Shown one piece after another: positions 23,295 to 33,100 of a stretch of DNA of 64,000 nucleotides. The stretch lies in assembly GCA_039621445.1 (NCBI GenBank), contig CP154954.1, positions 36,255,703-36,319,702 of the forward strand, given 5' to 3'. How positions within the stretch are numbered: the first letter of the stretch is position 1; the number at the start of each line of letters is the position of its first letter. The stretch is from Euglena gracilis (Eukaryota). The translations under genes and the position numbers were made by a program. Below the pieces are notes generated by a model, which made no database searches, was not told the DNA's origin, and saw nothing but the letters and a program-made list of their open reading frames with translations.

Positions 23295-25073
23295 TTGTTT
23301 GCCAACCAATACCCAAACCAGGGAGATACCCTTTCACTTGACAACAAACCACCCACACAATCTACCGTACCGACCCCGGGCGGTATTATGCTGCCCGGTG
23401 GAAGGGATTCAGGCGGAGGACCGCCTTACCACCCCACCACTCACCCTCAACCTGACCAGTATGCATACCGATACGGTACGCAGCCACCTGCACGGACTGC
23501 GGCTCAGGGAAACCCTGAAGCCAGCAGCAGTAGCAGGATGACCCAGATGCCCGCGGAAGCGCGGCCATCTCAGCCATCAGGCTCTCGTCGCCTCCCACCG
23601 TATGCGGGTGTGATGATCCACCGCACGGCGGAGACGATGAACCGGGTTATGCGTATGAGCGCAAACCCGGCACCAGACCAACTCACACAGGCATTGTGGG
23701 ATGACCACTGCCGTAAAGTTTTGACCATCGCGAATACCCCTCCAGCCCTGTGGTGTATGTGCGCCCAGGCGACGATGACCGGTCTGGTGTATTACACCGA
23801 CCCGGACGCGTCGGGATTCGCGGCAGACATTACCATGCGTGACCTGGGCGTGGAAGTCCCGCCACAGGTCGCAAGGCAGGTACCACCCGTTGGCACTTAC
23901 ACTGCACATTTTCGTGCTCACTCCCCCGGATTACCCGAGGAAGAGACAGTGGAAGCACCTGTCCGGAGTGAACACCCACGTGTGAAAGAAAGTATTTTTC
24001 GATCCCCTGAGCGCATGCCCCGGCGGGATTATCCTGCGCAGGAGCATGTGTCTCAGTACACCGTCTCTGGGGATTATCCCCAGGAGGCGCCAAGGCCACA
24101 GGATCAGTACATATATCCACCTCAACCCCACCCCACTATACCTGACCCTATCTCACGACGTCCTGCGGCGGGAAATCCTCCCCCGACGTCTGACTCTGCC
24201 CGAAGCGCTCGTCCGCGGGAAGCCGCGGCAGCGCCTCGTGCGACACCAGTTCCCCCGGCACGGGATGAACCCGTTAACCCGTGGACTGGTCGGCCGTTCG
24301 AGACTGAGGAGGACCGTCAACAGTATGAATATGCTGTGACGATCCAACGACAAATCGCACGTCGCCCCCCTGTTTCCGCTGGCCAGGGATACCCTGCCCG
24401 GGCGGAAATGACACGGGAAGAGCGCCAGCAGTATGATGCTGCTGTGTCGGCTCTCACAGGAGTCCCAGCTCCATCACGGTTAAGTCAACCAGCGCGACAG
24501 CGGGACGTGGCTGTGGCGGAAGCGCCACCAGCACGACCCACAAGCTCTGCCGCCGGCAAACGTGACCGCGGCCCGGAAAATCTGACGCCGCAGCCACAAC
24601 GCCGCTCGCCGAGGTCGGAAAACCCGCCCGCGGCGATGCACGTCGACGCTGAGGAGGAAGCTCCGCCAGCGCCCGACGTGACGGCAGAACGGGCACGTCG
24701 GGAAACCCGACCATCCCCAGTCGCACCGGTTTACTCGAATCGTGGTGATGCTGAGCAGGAATTTGCTCGAACACCAAGCACGGAATCCGTGACTTACCCT
24801 GTGTATACAGAAGAAGACCCAGAATACTGGGAATATTGGGACCCATATCGAGCGACGATAGAATGGCTGTCCAACACGAAGGGCAAGGGTAAAGGAAAAG
24901 GCAAGGGTAAGGGTAAAGGTAAAGGCCAGGAGAAAGGTGGGAAAGCCCCATCTGGGAAAGGCGAAAAAACCCGCTGGACCAGCTCCAGGCAAAGGCGGAA
25001 AATCTGCCGGACCCTCCACAGGAAAAGGCGGAAAAGCCGCCGAGCCTTCGAAAACGAAGGATTACGACGTTAA
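23295..25073 (+). CDS. Accessory ORF part A (Pro/Ala/Arg-rich, GK repeat), unknown function
   Basis: 592-codon sense ORF after pol; first ATG 23388; (GK)n at about 24879-24925. Confidence 0.65.
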   Translation: MFANQYPNQGDTLSLDNKPPTQSTVPTPGGIMLPGGRDSGGGPPYHPTTHPQPDQYAYRYGTQPPARTAAQGNPEASSSSRMTQMPAEARPSQPSGSRRLPPYAGVMIHRTAETMNRVMRMSANPAPDQLTQALWDDHCRKVLTIANTPPALWCMCAQATMTGLVYYTDPDASGFAADITMRDLGVEVPPQVARQVPPVGTYTAHFRAHSPGLPEEETVEAPVRSEHPRVKESIFRSPERMPRRDYPAQEHVSQYTVSGDYPQEAPRPQDQYIYPPQPHPTIPDPISRRPAAGNPPPTSDSARSARPREAAAAPRATPVPPARDEPVNPWTGRPFETEEDRQQYEYAVTIQRQIARRPPVSAGQGYPARAEMTREERQQYDAAVSALTGVPAPSRLSQPARQRDVAVAEAPPARPTSSAAGKRDRGPENLTPQPQRRSPRSENPPAAMHVDAEEEAPPAPDVTAERARRETRPSPVAPVYSNRGDAEQEFARTPSTESVTYPVYTEEDPEYWEYWDPYRATIEWLSNTKGKGKGKGKGKGKGKGQEKGGKAPSGKGEKTRWTSSRQRRKICRTLHRKRRKSRRAFENEGLRR

Positions 25074-26784
25074 CCAGGTGTTCGACTACCTGGATGAGAT
25101 CTGGCCGAAAATTGAAGAAAATCTTCAGCAGTACACACGTGCAGGTAACGTCATCCACCGACCACCGGAAGCGGTGCTCGAAGTGGTACAGGATCGTATG
25201 TACGATCACTGCAAGCGATTTTTCTACAGTTCTGAACTTCATGCATTTGAGGGATACCCTCATTCGAATGAAGTCGTCCTGGACCGGATGCCCGGTTTCT
25301 GGGAGCTGTGGTTCTGGTTGGGATACCCCTGCCAGAACTTCGGCATCTTTACTGACCGAAACGGTCAGTCGTACGTGAACTGTTTGGGAACATGTCCTGA
25401 CGATGAAACGTTCGTCGCACAGTTGAAGGAAATCTTCAACCACATGTATTCCGTCAGCGCACTGGGAATCCAGTGGAAGTATTACCCCCTGCCGGAGAAA
25501 CTCCAGGTGCAGGCTGCGGTAATGTTCACGAACAACCTCCAAGTATTCTTGGATAGCATGTATGGCATGCTGTTCAAGGTACTGGACGTGGACCTCGCCT
25601 ATCCTCAGCGATACAAGCTGGAATGCCAGTTTTGCAAAGAGCAACACATTGTTGATTTCTGGGGTTTCGGTGAGCGTGGAAAACCGCCTCCGACTGCCGA
25701 GAATGCCGGCAGCCCACTGACCAGGAGATTTCTCCTGCATCAGTGCCGAAAGCCCCAGATCGGAACGCAAGATCGAAAGGTGCTGAAACAGCACCGGCAG
25801 AAAATATTTCTGCTTCAACAATACTGGCACAGGGCGTGGATTACCTACGTCCTGGAGGTGTACATTTATTTCCTGGAGTACATGACCACTGATGTGAATA
25901 TTCACAGGAAGTGGTTACCTCGGGGATACACCGAGGAAGAAGCCAGACCGAATGACCAAGACCGACGCAGGATTAACCTGCGGCCGGACTGGTACGAGGC
26001 CGAAATCGGTCTTCCGAAGCACATGGAAAACCAGTTCGGGAATATCCTGATCTGGGAAGATTTCCAGTCCTTCTACGCAGCAGACGTGGAAAAACAGCCA
26101 CGTTATGCCTTGCCGCTGTCAGCCTTCCTGGAAGACACAGGAGAACGTGGCATGAGCTGGGATCGGCGAATGCAGTGGGAAGACCTCTGCCGTAACAATG
26201 AGGACGAGCCAGAGCCCTTACCCGGAAGCGGGGTAAGACCGTCATGGCCACCCCCATATCCCAACTCTGACAGGAGCGAAAGTATTAGCTTTTTCCGCCT
26301 GTCAGACGCACAGGGGTGCTACAGAACCGGGGAAGACCCGCGTTCTGCAGCACAGCTACACACAGAGGACTCACCTCCGGAAGCGGAGGAGACGGAAGAA
26401 GTGGTCCCAATGGCCGAGGATGAACCTCAGCCCGCGGAACCTCCGGCACGGGAAACCCGTAGCCCATCGGTTGTGATGCTGGACACTGTGGCGGAAACCG
26501 CCCAGCGCCCGGGATCACCGACAGGTGAAATGACGCCTGTCCCACTGTCACCATCCTCACCGGGTACGCCAGGAGGACCGACCCCTCCGCGGAAAAACCC
26601 GCCGGAGACGGTAACCCATACGCCTGAGGTTCTTGTCCCGAATTATTATTATTACGCCTCAAGCTTCCTGTCCCCGGGGAAATCCCGACGACAGAGGAGC
26701 CAGTGGAGGAGCCCACTTCAGGGGAAGGACCTGAACGGCGCCCCTCACTGGGCGGACGTGTACTCGGCGGTTTGCGATCACTGA
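24937..26784 (+). CDS. Accessory ORF part B (globular aromatic-rich domain with CQFC..H..HQC, then acidic/Pro tail)
   Basis: 615-codon frame that continues the GKGGK repeats of part A across the A6 run at 24964-24969. Confidence 0.7.
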   Translation: MGKPHLGKAKKPAGPAPGKGGKSAGPSTGKGGKAAEPSKTKDYDVNQVFDYLDEIWPKIEENLQQYTRAGNVIHRPPEAVLEVVQDRMYDHCKRFFYSSELHAFEGYPHSNEVVLDRMPGFWELWFWLGYPCQNFGIFTDRNGQSYVNCLGTCPDDETFVAQLKEIFNHMYSVSALGIQWKYYPLPEKLQVQAAVMFTNNLQVFLDSMYGMLFKVLDVDLAYPQRYKLECQFCKEQHIVDFWGFGERGKPPPTAENAGSPLTRRFLLHQCRKPQIGTQDRKVLKQHRQKIFLLQQYWHRAWITYVLEVYIYFLEYMTTDVNIHRKWLPRGYTEEEARPNDQDRRRINLRPDWYEAEIGLPKHMENQFGNILIWEDFQSFYAADVEKQPRYALPLSAFLEDTGERGMSWDRRMQWEDLCRNNEDEPEPLPGSGVRPSWPPPYPNSDRSESISFFRLSDAQGCYRTGEDPRSAAQLHTEDSPPEAEETEEVVPMAEDEPQPAEPPARETRSPSVVMLDTVAETAQRPGSPTGEMTPVPLSPSSPGTPGGPTPPRKNPPETVTHTPEVLVPNYYYYASSFLSPGKSRRQRSQWRSPLQGKDLNGAPHWADVYSAVCDH

Positions 26785-26878
26785 TCGCAGTTGTCACCCC
26801 ACGTGGCACTGCGGCCAGTTCTTCCACTGCTGTGACGGATACTGCCAGCCAACGGACGAAACAACTGAAGTTGCAGCC

Positions 26879-28852
26879 ATGGAGGAGGATGAACCTCCCC
26901 CAATGGCCACGCCACCGCCGGTGTCGGAAACGACACGGACGGAGGGCGAACAGACGGCAATGTCAGTGGAGATAGCACTACCCGCGCCAGTGCAGGATGA
27001 ACCTGCATTAGCACCGGTAGCGGCATCAGAGGCACGGGATGAGCCCGTACCCCCACACACAGCGGCCACTGCACCGAAGCGTGCGGGCACACGGACACCG
27101 GCACCTGAAAAACAGGCTACACGGACATCCATGCCCCCACCACAGACTCAGCCAACGCGAAGTGCAGCGGCGACGTCCACACCCACACCGTCCCCCACGG
27201 CTGCTCCTGGGAAACCCACGAGCGCAGCGAAGGAACGCGTAGGGCGACCCTCAGCTCGGGAAACCCCTGCTGAAGGTCAACGACGCTCGGTGTCGGGGAA
27301 AAGACCCCCGGCCCAGCCGTCACCACGCACCTGGTCAAGCAAGCGTGACGCCGAACGGCGACCCTCGGATGCTCCGGAAAGCGGAAGTCCGAAGGCCCCG
27401 GCCAAATCAAAGCCCGGTGCCGCGCCTTGCAAACCCTCACCTAAGACAGGTGATCAGCCCCCACCGAAAGGCGGTGGTGGTGCTGGAGGCCAGGGTGCAT
27501 CTTCTTCTAGAGGATTAGCCTCGGGAGGAGGATTCACACAGGTCACATCATCCGGCTATGGGAAAACCTCACAGCCGAAACCACCTACGAAGGGGCAGGG
27601 AAAATCCCGCGCCTCTACGACTACGACACCTTCGGAAGGCGAAGTTGTCATCGACTGGAATGCGATGACTCAGGATGATCCTGAGACTCATGACCTGAAA
27701 AACAGGTACATGATGATCGAACACAAGCTGCGAACAGACCAATGCCTCAATCGGTGGATTGAACCACTGTTCTGTCAAGGACGGAAATGGTCCTTTGACC
27801 AGAATGTCACCTGGAATTATTACAATTCCAGATCACAACGTGTTTTGGCCCAATACTTCGGCGAGGAATTCCTCGTCGACAGAACATCGGAAAACCGATT
27901 TGTGTGGCTCTGCACTGTTTGCCACAGGATGTACAACAGTGCTCCTGACTTGGGATTACCCCTCGTTCATGTGTGCAACCCTGTGGATCGGAAATCGTTC
28001 CACAAGGATATGTACATACCCAACTGTGCCGCCTTGGTATGTGCCAAGTGCGTGGACAGTTGGACCCACAAGCACAATTTTGGCTACACGGAGCGAGATG
28101 GTACGAATGTACCAGTACTCTGCGTCAACTGCCTGCGAGGTACCTTCTGGCACACTGCGGAAGGCGCAGTTCGCACAATCGTGCCGAGTGCCGAGAAGCC
28201 ACTGGAGGAATACTCCACCTTGAACAGAAAGTTCAAGGACGCCTTCAAGTACTCAAACCTCAAGCTTGACGACTACCGCAACACGGGAATGGCCCGTGGG
28301 TGGCAGATCGACTGTGGGGCGATACGCCTCGCTGCTGAGGAAGCAGGGGTAAGATTACCTTACCTCTGGGAGACAGCGGACAGGGAAAAGATACTTTTCC
28401 GCCTGTTCACAACCCAGGACCGAAACGGTCGCTGGTGCCTACCACAATGGCCACCCGAAAAACACGGGATGACCTGGAAGGACTGGCTAGGGGCCGTATT
28501 GCGACCCCATACAGTCCGGGCGGAATGCGCCTATCACGTTCCCATCGACTTCCACCCGGGCAATGCCCCGCAGGTGTCAGCCAATCACCCTCGGAGAAAC
28601 TACTTCATCTGGCCAGCGACTTTGCACAGGAAATTCTGGGAGAAGCTGCAGTGGTTTCTCGCGGAAAGAGCGAGTGCCACCAAGCAGACAGTACCCGAAG
28701 GATGGGTTCGGGACTGGATCGCACCTGATTTCGACTACGACTCGCCGGAAACCTGGCTTGTCGACAGGCCACAGCCACCACAATTCCAGATGGTCCTTGT
28801 GGAAGATCCCTTGGACTCCCGCCATGACTATTGGCGGCTGGAGCGGATGTAA
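26879..28852 (+). CDS. Accessory ORF part C (low-complexity N-half, RING-like Cys-rich domain, Trp-rich C-terminus)
   Basis: 657 codons; CTVC...CAALVCAKC...CVNC at 27911-28132. Confidence 0.7.
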   Translation: MEEDEPPPMATPPPVSETTRTEGEQTAMSVEIALPAPVQDEPALAPVAASEARDEPVPPHTAATAPKRAGTRTPAPEKQATRTSMPPPQTQPTRSAAATSTPTPSPTAAPGKPTSAAKERVGRPSARETPAEGQRRSVSGKRPPAQPSPRTWSSKRDAERRPSDAPESGSPKAPAKSKPGAAPCKPSPKTGDQPPPKGGGGAGGQGASSSRGLASGGGFTQVTSSGYGKTSQPKPPTKGQGKSRASTTTTPSEGEVVIDWNAMTQDDPETHDLKNRYMMIEHKLRTDQCLNRWIEPLFCQGRKWSFDQNVTWNYYNSRSQRVLAQYFGEEFLVDRTSENRFVWLCTVCHRMYNSAPDLGLPLVHVCNPVDRKSFHKDMYIPNCAALVCAKCVDSWTHKHNFGYTERDGTNVPVLCVNCLRGTFWHTAEGAVRTIVPSAEKPLEEYSTLNRKFKDAFKYSNLKLDDYRNTGMARGWQIDCGAIRLAAEEAGVRLPYLWETADREKILFRLFTTQDRNGRWCLPQWPPEKHGMTWKDWLGAVLRPHTVRAECAYHVPIDFHPGNAPQVSANHPRRNYFIWPATLHRKFWEKLQWFLAERASATKQTVPEGWVRDWIAPDFDYDSPETWLVDRPQPPQFQMVLVEDPLDSRHDYWRLERM

Positions 28853-29661
28853 TGCCGAAAGGGCATTACCAAGCCCATGTAAGGTAAGCGCCTTCATGGA
28901 GCTCATACACTATATATATACACTGGAGGCGGAAATCGCGAAACAGCCCTGGGATGAACCTGGGTCTGTGTCCTTCAGCGCTCTGGATGGAAGCATCCAA
29001 GAGCCCCCCCCCCCATGCCAACCCATAATACCAGTGACCATGCGGACGGAAACCGTCTGCGGGAGGTAATCGCCTCTTATTGCGTCGTGAAGGAGCTACT
29101 GCTGTGAAGACCTTGGCAGCCGGGAAACCTGGCAAGCCGCTAAGTGACGCACAGCACACAGCGCGCACGCCGTAATAATAGGCCAACTTGTCACTTTTCG
29201 GCCCTAAGGCCCTTAAGGCTGCCAGACAGCAAAAATTCTGTTCCGGCCTAAGCCAACCCCCCTCTCCTCCCTACTTTCCGCCCACCCCCGCAAAGCTGTC
29301 GCCGGCAGTCGGTTTTGTAAGTAGGCTTTTGTTTCCTAGTGCGGATATGACCGCCTAGGAGCACTATCCGGGTATGACCAGGATAGGAGCCTGCCCCCCC
29401 CTTCCACACCTCTCCCCTCGGGTTTTCAGCGAATCGCTTGACCAACCCCGCGTGCCTTTGGCGCACCCAAAGTGGGTGGATGGGATACTTTGACAGGAAA
29501 CCTGCCAAGCCCCAATTTCCCACAGTGGGCTTTTTCGCACCCCTAAGCCGAAACGGCTAATAGGTAACCGCGATAAGCGGTAACCTTTTGCGCGTTTTCG
29601 GGTTTTTGGGTTGCGCCACTGTGGAGAAAAGAGATCCGTGTTCTGGAAAACAAAACCCGAT

Positions 29662-29732
29662 CAGGGCTGTGTCTGAAATCCTGACGGGACCTGGGATGAC
29701 CTGGTCCAAGAAGGAAATCGGGCATAGCCCTG
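29662..29732 (+). other. Long RNA hairpin immediately 5' of the PPT
   Basis: CAGGGCUGUGUCUGA pairs with UCGGGCAUAGCCCUG (15 bp, 3 G-U), followed by UCCU/AGGA and GGACC/GGUCC. Confidence 0.75.
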
Positions 29733-29741
29733 GGAGGGGGA
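29732..29741 (+). promoter_or_regulatory. Polypurine tract
   Basis: GGGAGGGGGA directly abuts the 3' LTR. Confidence 0.9.
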
Positions 29742-30152
29742 TGTGTACCAGGCACGATCCCAGCTCTGTGGGAAACCTGCAGAGTCTGGATCCGTCACAA
29801 TCTGACGGCTGTGATGAACACAGCCTGACGATCGTGGCAGATCCTATGGGATTTAGCGACACGTATCACACGTGCCTGCGTGATCTCTTTTCCTCACAGG
29901 TGGTATTCTATTCTTCACATTCTGATTGTTTTGAAGTAAGAGGATTAACCTCTGAAAAGACTGAACTCGACTGTGAAGGAAAATCCTTCTACAGCGCCTT
30001 GCTTTGTGCTCTGCCTTAGCATAGGGGAATTGGGAAAAGGGCTTTTGTTACTCCAAGGATTTTTACTCACCTAAGTAGGTGCGCACCAGGAGAAAGCGAA
30101 ACAGGCTTTTCCGGGACGAAAGGGGTCAAAGGGAAGTCCTTGGACGTACACT
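29742..30152 (+). repeat. 3' LTR (411 bp)
   Basis: 408/411 identical to 13373-13783. Confidence 0.96.
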
Positions 30153-33100
30153 AAATGTCCCCGGAATGGTCGAATGCACCCGTCTAAATTTGCTGATTTC
30201 TTGCAATCAACATTCCCGCTGCATGTTTTTCTTCCCATTAAACCACGACAATCATGAAACCAACGGGTCCCCTGACTTTGGAGGCCTCCTGGAACACCCA
30301 TTCGGTTACTCGGAGTAAGGCACAATTTGGTCCATTTTTACATGGTAACCTGGGATGACCTGGTAAATGTCCCCGGAATGGTCGAATGCACCCATCTAAA
30401 TGTGCTCATTTCTTGCAATCTACATTCCCGCTGCATGTTGTTCTTACTATTAAACCACGACAATCATGAAACCAACGGGTCCCCTGACTTTGGAGGCCTC
30501 CTGGAACACCCATTCGGTTACTCGGAGTAAGGCACAATTTGGTCCATTTTTACATGGTAACCTGGGCTGGCCTGGAAAATGTCCCCCGGAATGGTCGAAT
30601 GCACCCATCTAACTGTGCTCACTTCCTGCAACCAACATTCCCGCTGCATGTTTTTCTTACTATTAAACCATGACAATCATGAAACCAACGGGTCCCCTGA
30701 CTTTGGAGGCCTCCTGGAACACCCATTCGGTTACTCGGAGTCAAGCACAATTTAGTCCATTTTTACATGGTAACCTGGGATGACCTGGTAAATGTCCCCG
30801 GAATGGTCGAATGCACCCATCTAAATGTGCTCATTTCTTGCAACAAACATTCCCAATGCATGTTTTTCTTACCATTAAACCACGACAATCATGAACCCAA
30901 CGGGTCCCCTGACTTTGGAGGCCTCCTGGAACACCCATTCGGTTACTCGGAGTAAGGCCCAGTTGGGTCCATTTTTACATGGTAACCTGGGCTGACCTGG
31001 TCAACGTCCCCCGGAATGGTCGAATGCACCCATCTAAATGTGCTCATTTCTTGCAACAAACATTCCCAATGCATGTTTTTCTTACCATTAAACCACGACA
31101 ATCATGAACCCAACGGGTCCCCTGACTTTGGAGGCCTCCTGGAACACCCATTCGGTTACTCGGAGTAAGGCCCAGTTGGGTCCATTTTTACATGGTAACC
31201 TGGGCTGACCTGGTCAACGTCCCCCGGAATGGTCGAATGCACCCATCTAAATGTGCTCATTTCTTGCAACAAACATTCCCAATGCATGTTTTTCTTACCA
31301 TTAAACCACGACAATCATGAAACCAACGGGTCCCCTGACTTTGGAGGCCTCCTGGAACACCCATTCGGTTACTCGGAGTAAGGCACAATTTGGTCCATTT
31401 TTACGTGGTAACCTGGGATAACCTGGTAAATGTCCCAGGAATGGTCGAATGCACCCATCTAAATGTGTTGATTTCTTGCAACCAAGATTCACGCTGCATG
31501 TTTTTCTTACCATTAAACCACGATAATCATGAAACCAACGGGTCCCCTGACTTTGGAGGCCTCTTGGAACACCCATTCGGTTACTCGCAGTAAGGCCCAA
31601 TCTGGTCCATTTTTACATAGTAACCTGGGCTGACCTGGTAAATGTCCCCCGGAATGGTCGAATGCACCCATCTAAATGTGCTGATTTCTTGCAACCAACA
31701 TTCCCGCTGCATGTTTTTCTTACCATTAAACCACGACAATCATGAACCCAAAGGGACCCCTGACTTTGGAGGCCTCCTGGAACACCCATTCGGTTACTCG
31801 GAGTCAAGCACAATTTGGTCCATTTTTACATGGTAACCTGGGATGACCTGGTAAATGTCCCCGGAATGGTCGAATGCACCCATCTAAATGTGCTCATTTC
31901 TTGCAACAAACATTCCCAATGCATGTTTTTCTTACCATTAAACCACGACAATCATGAACCCAACGGGTCCCCTGACTTTGGAGGCCTCCTGGAACACCCA
32001 TTCGGTTACTCGGAGTAAGGCCCACATTGGTTCCATTTTTACATGGTAACCTGGGCTGACCTGGTCAACGTCCCCCGGAATGGTCGAATGCACCCATCTA
32101 AATGTGCTCATTTCTTGCAACAAACATTCCCAATGCATGTTTTTCTTACCATTAAACCACGACAATCATGAACCCAACGGGTCCCCTGACTTTGGAGGCC
32201 TCCTGGAACACCCATTCGGTTACTCGGAGTAAGGCCCAGTTGGGTCCATTTTTACATGGTAACCTGGGCTGACCTGGTCAACGTCCCCCGGAATGGTCGA
32301 ATGCACCCATCTAAATGTGCTCATTTCTTGCAACCAACATTCCAGCTGCATGTTTTTCTTACCATTAAACCACGACAATCATGAAACCAACGGGTCCCCT
32401 GACTTTGGAGGCCTCCTGGAACACCCATTCGGTTACTCGGAGTCAAGCACAATTTGGTCCATTTTTACATGGTAACCTGGGATGACCTGGTAAATGTCCC
32501 CGGAATGGTCGAATGCACCCATCTAAATGTGCTCATTTCTTGCAACAAACATTCCCAATTCATGTTTTTCTTACCATTAAACCACGACAATCATGAACCC
32601 AACGGGTCCCCTGACTTTGGAGGCCTCCTGGAACACCCATTCGGTTACTCGGAGTCAAGCACAATTTGGTCCATTTTTACATGGTAACCTGGGATGACCT
32701 GGTCAACGTCCCCCGGAATGGTCGAATGCACCCATCTAAATGTGCTCATTTCTTGCAACAAACATTCCCAATGAGTGTTTTTCTTACCATTAAACCACGA
32801 CAATCATGAACCCAACGGGTCCCCTGACTTTGGAGGCCTCCTGGAACACCCATTCGGTTACTCGGAGTAAGGCCCAGTTGGGTCCATTTTTACATGGTAA
32901 CCTGGGCTGACCTGGTCAACGTCCCCCGGAATGGTCGAATGCACCCATCTAAATGTGCTCATTTCTTGCAACCAACATTCCAGCTGCATGTTTTTCTTAC
33001 CATTAAACCACGACAATCATGAAACCAACGGGTCCCCTGACTTTGGAGGCCTCCTGGAACACCCATTCGGTTACTCGGAGTAAGGCCCAGTTGGGTCCAT

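Larger units (their letters stand above)
13373..30152 (+). mobile_element. Full-length Ty3/Gypsy (Metaviridae) chromodomain-bearing LTR retrotransposon with MTase-like domain and extra ORFs, 16,780 bp
   Basis: Direct LTRs, PBS, PPT, TSD, and domain order gag-PR-(MT)-RT-RNaseH-IN-chromo. Confidence 0.97.

Noticed and set aside
24454-25905. 483-aa antisense ORF
   Set aside because: Shadow of sense ORF parts A and B, with no recognisable motifs.
23295-28852. env glycoprotein
   Set aside because: No signal peptide, fusion peptide or TM helix visible; composition is Pro-rich and charged.
28896-29069. Small ORF MELIHYIY... after part C
   Set aside because: Only 57 aa with no supporting motif.
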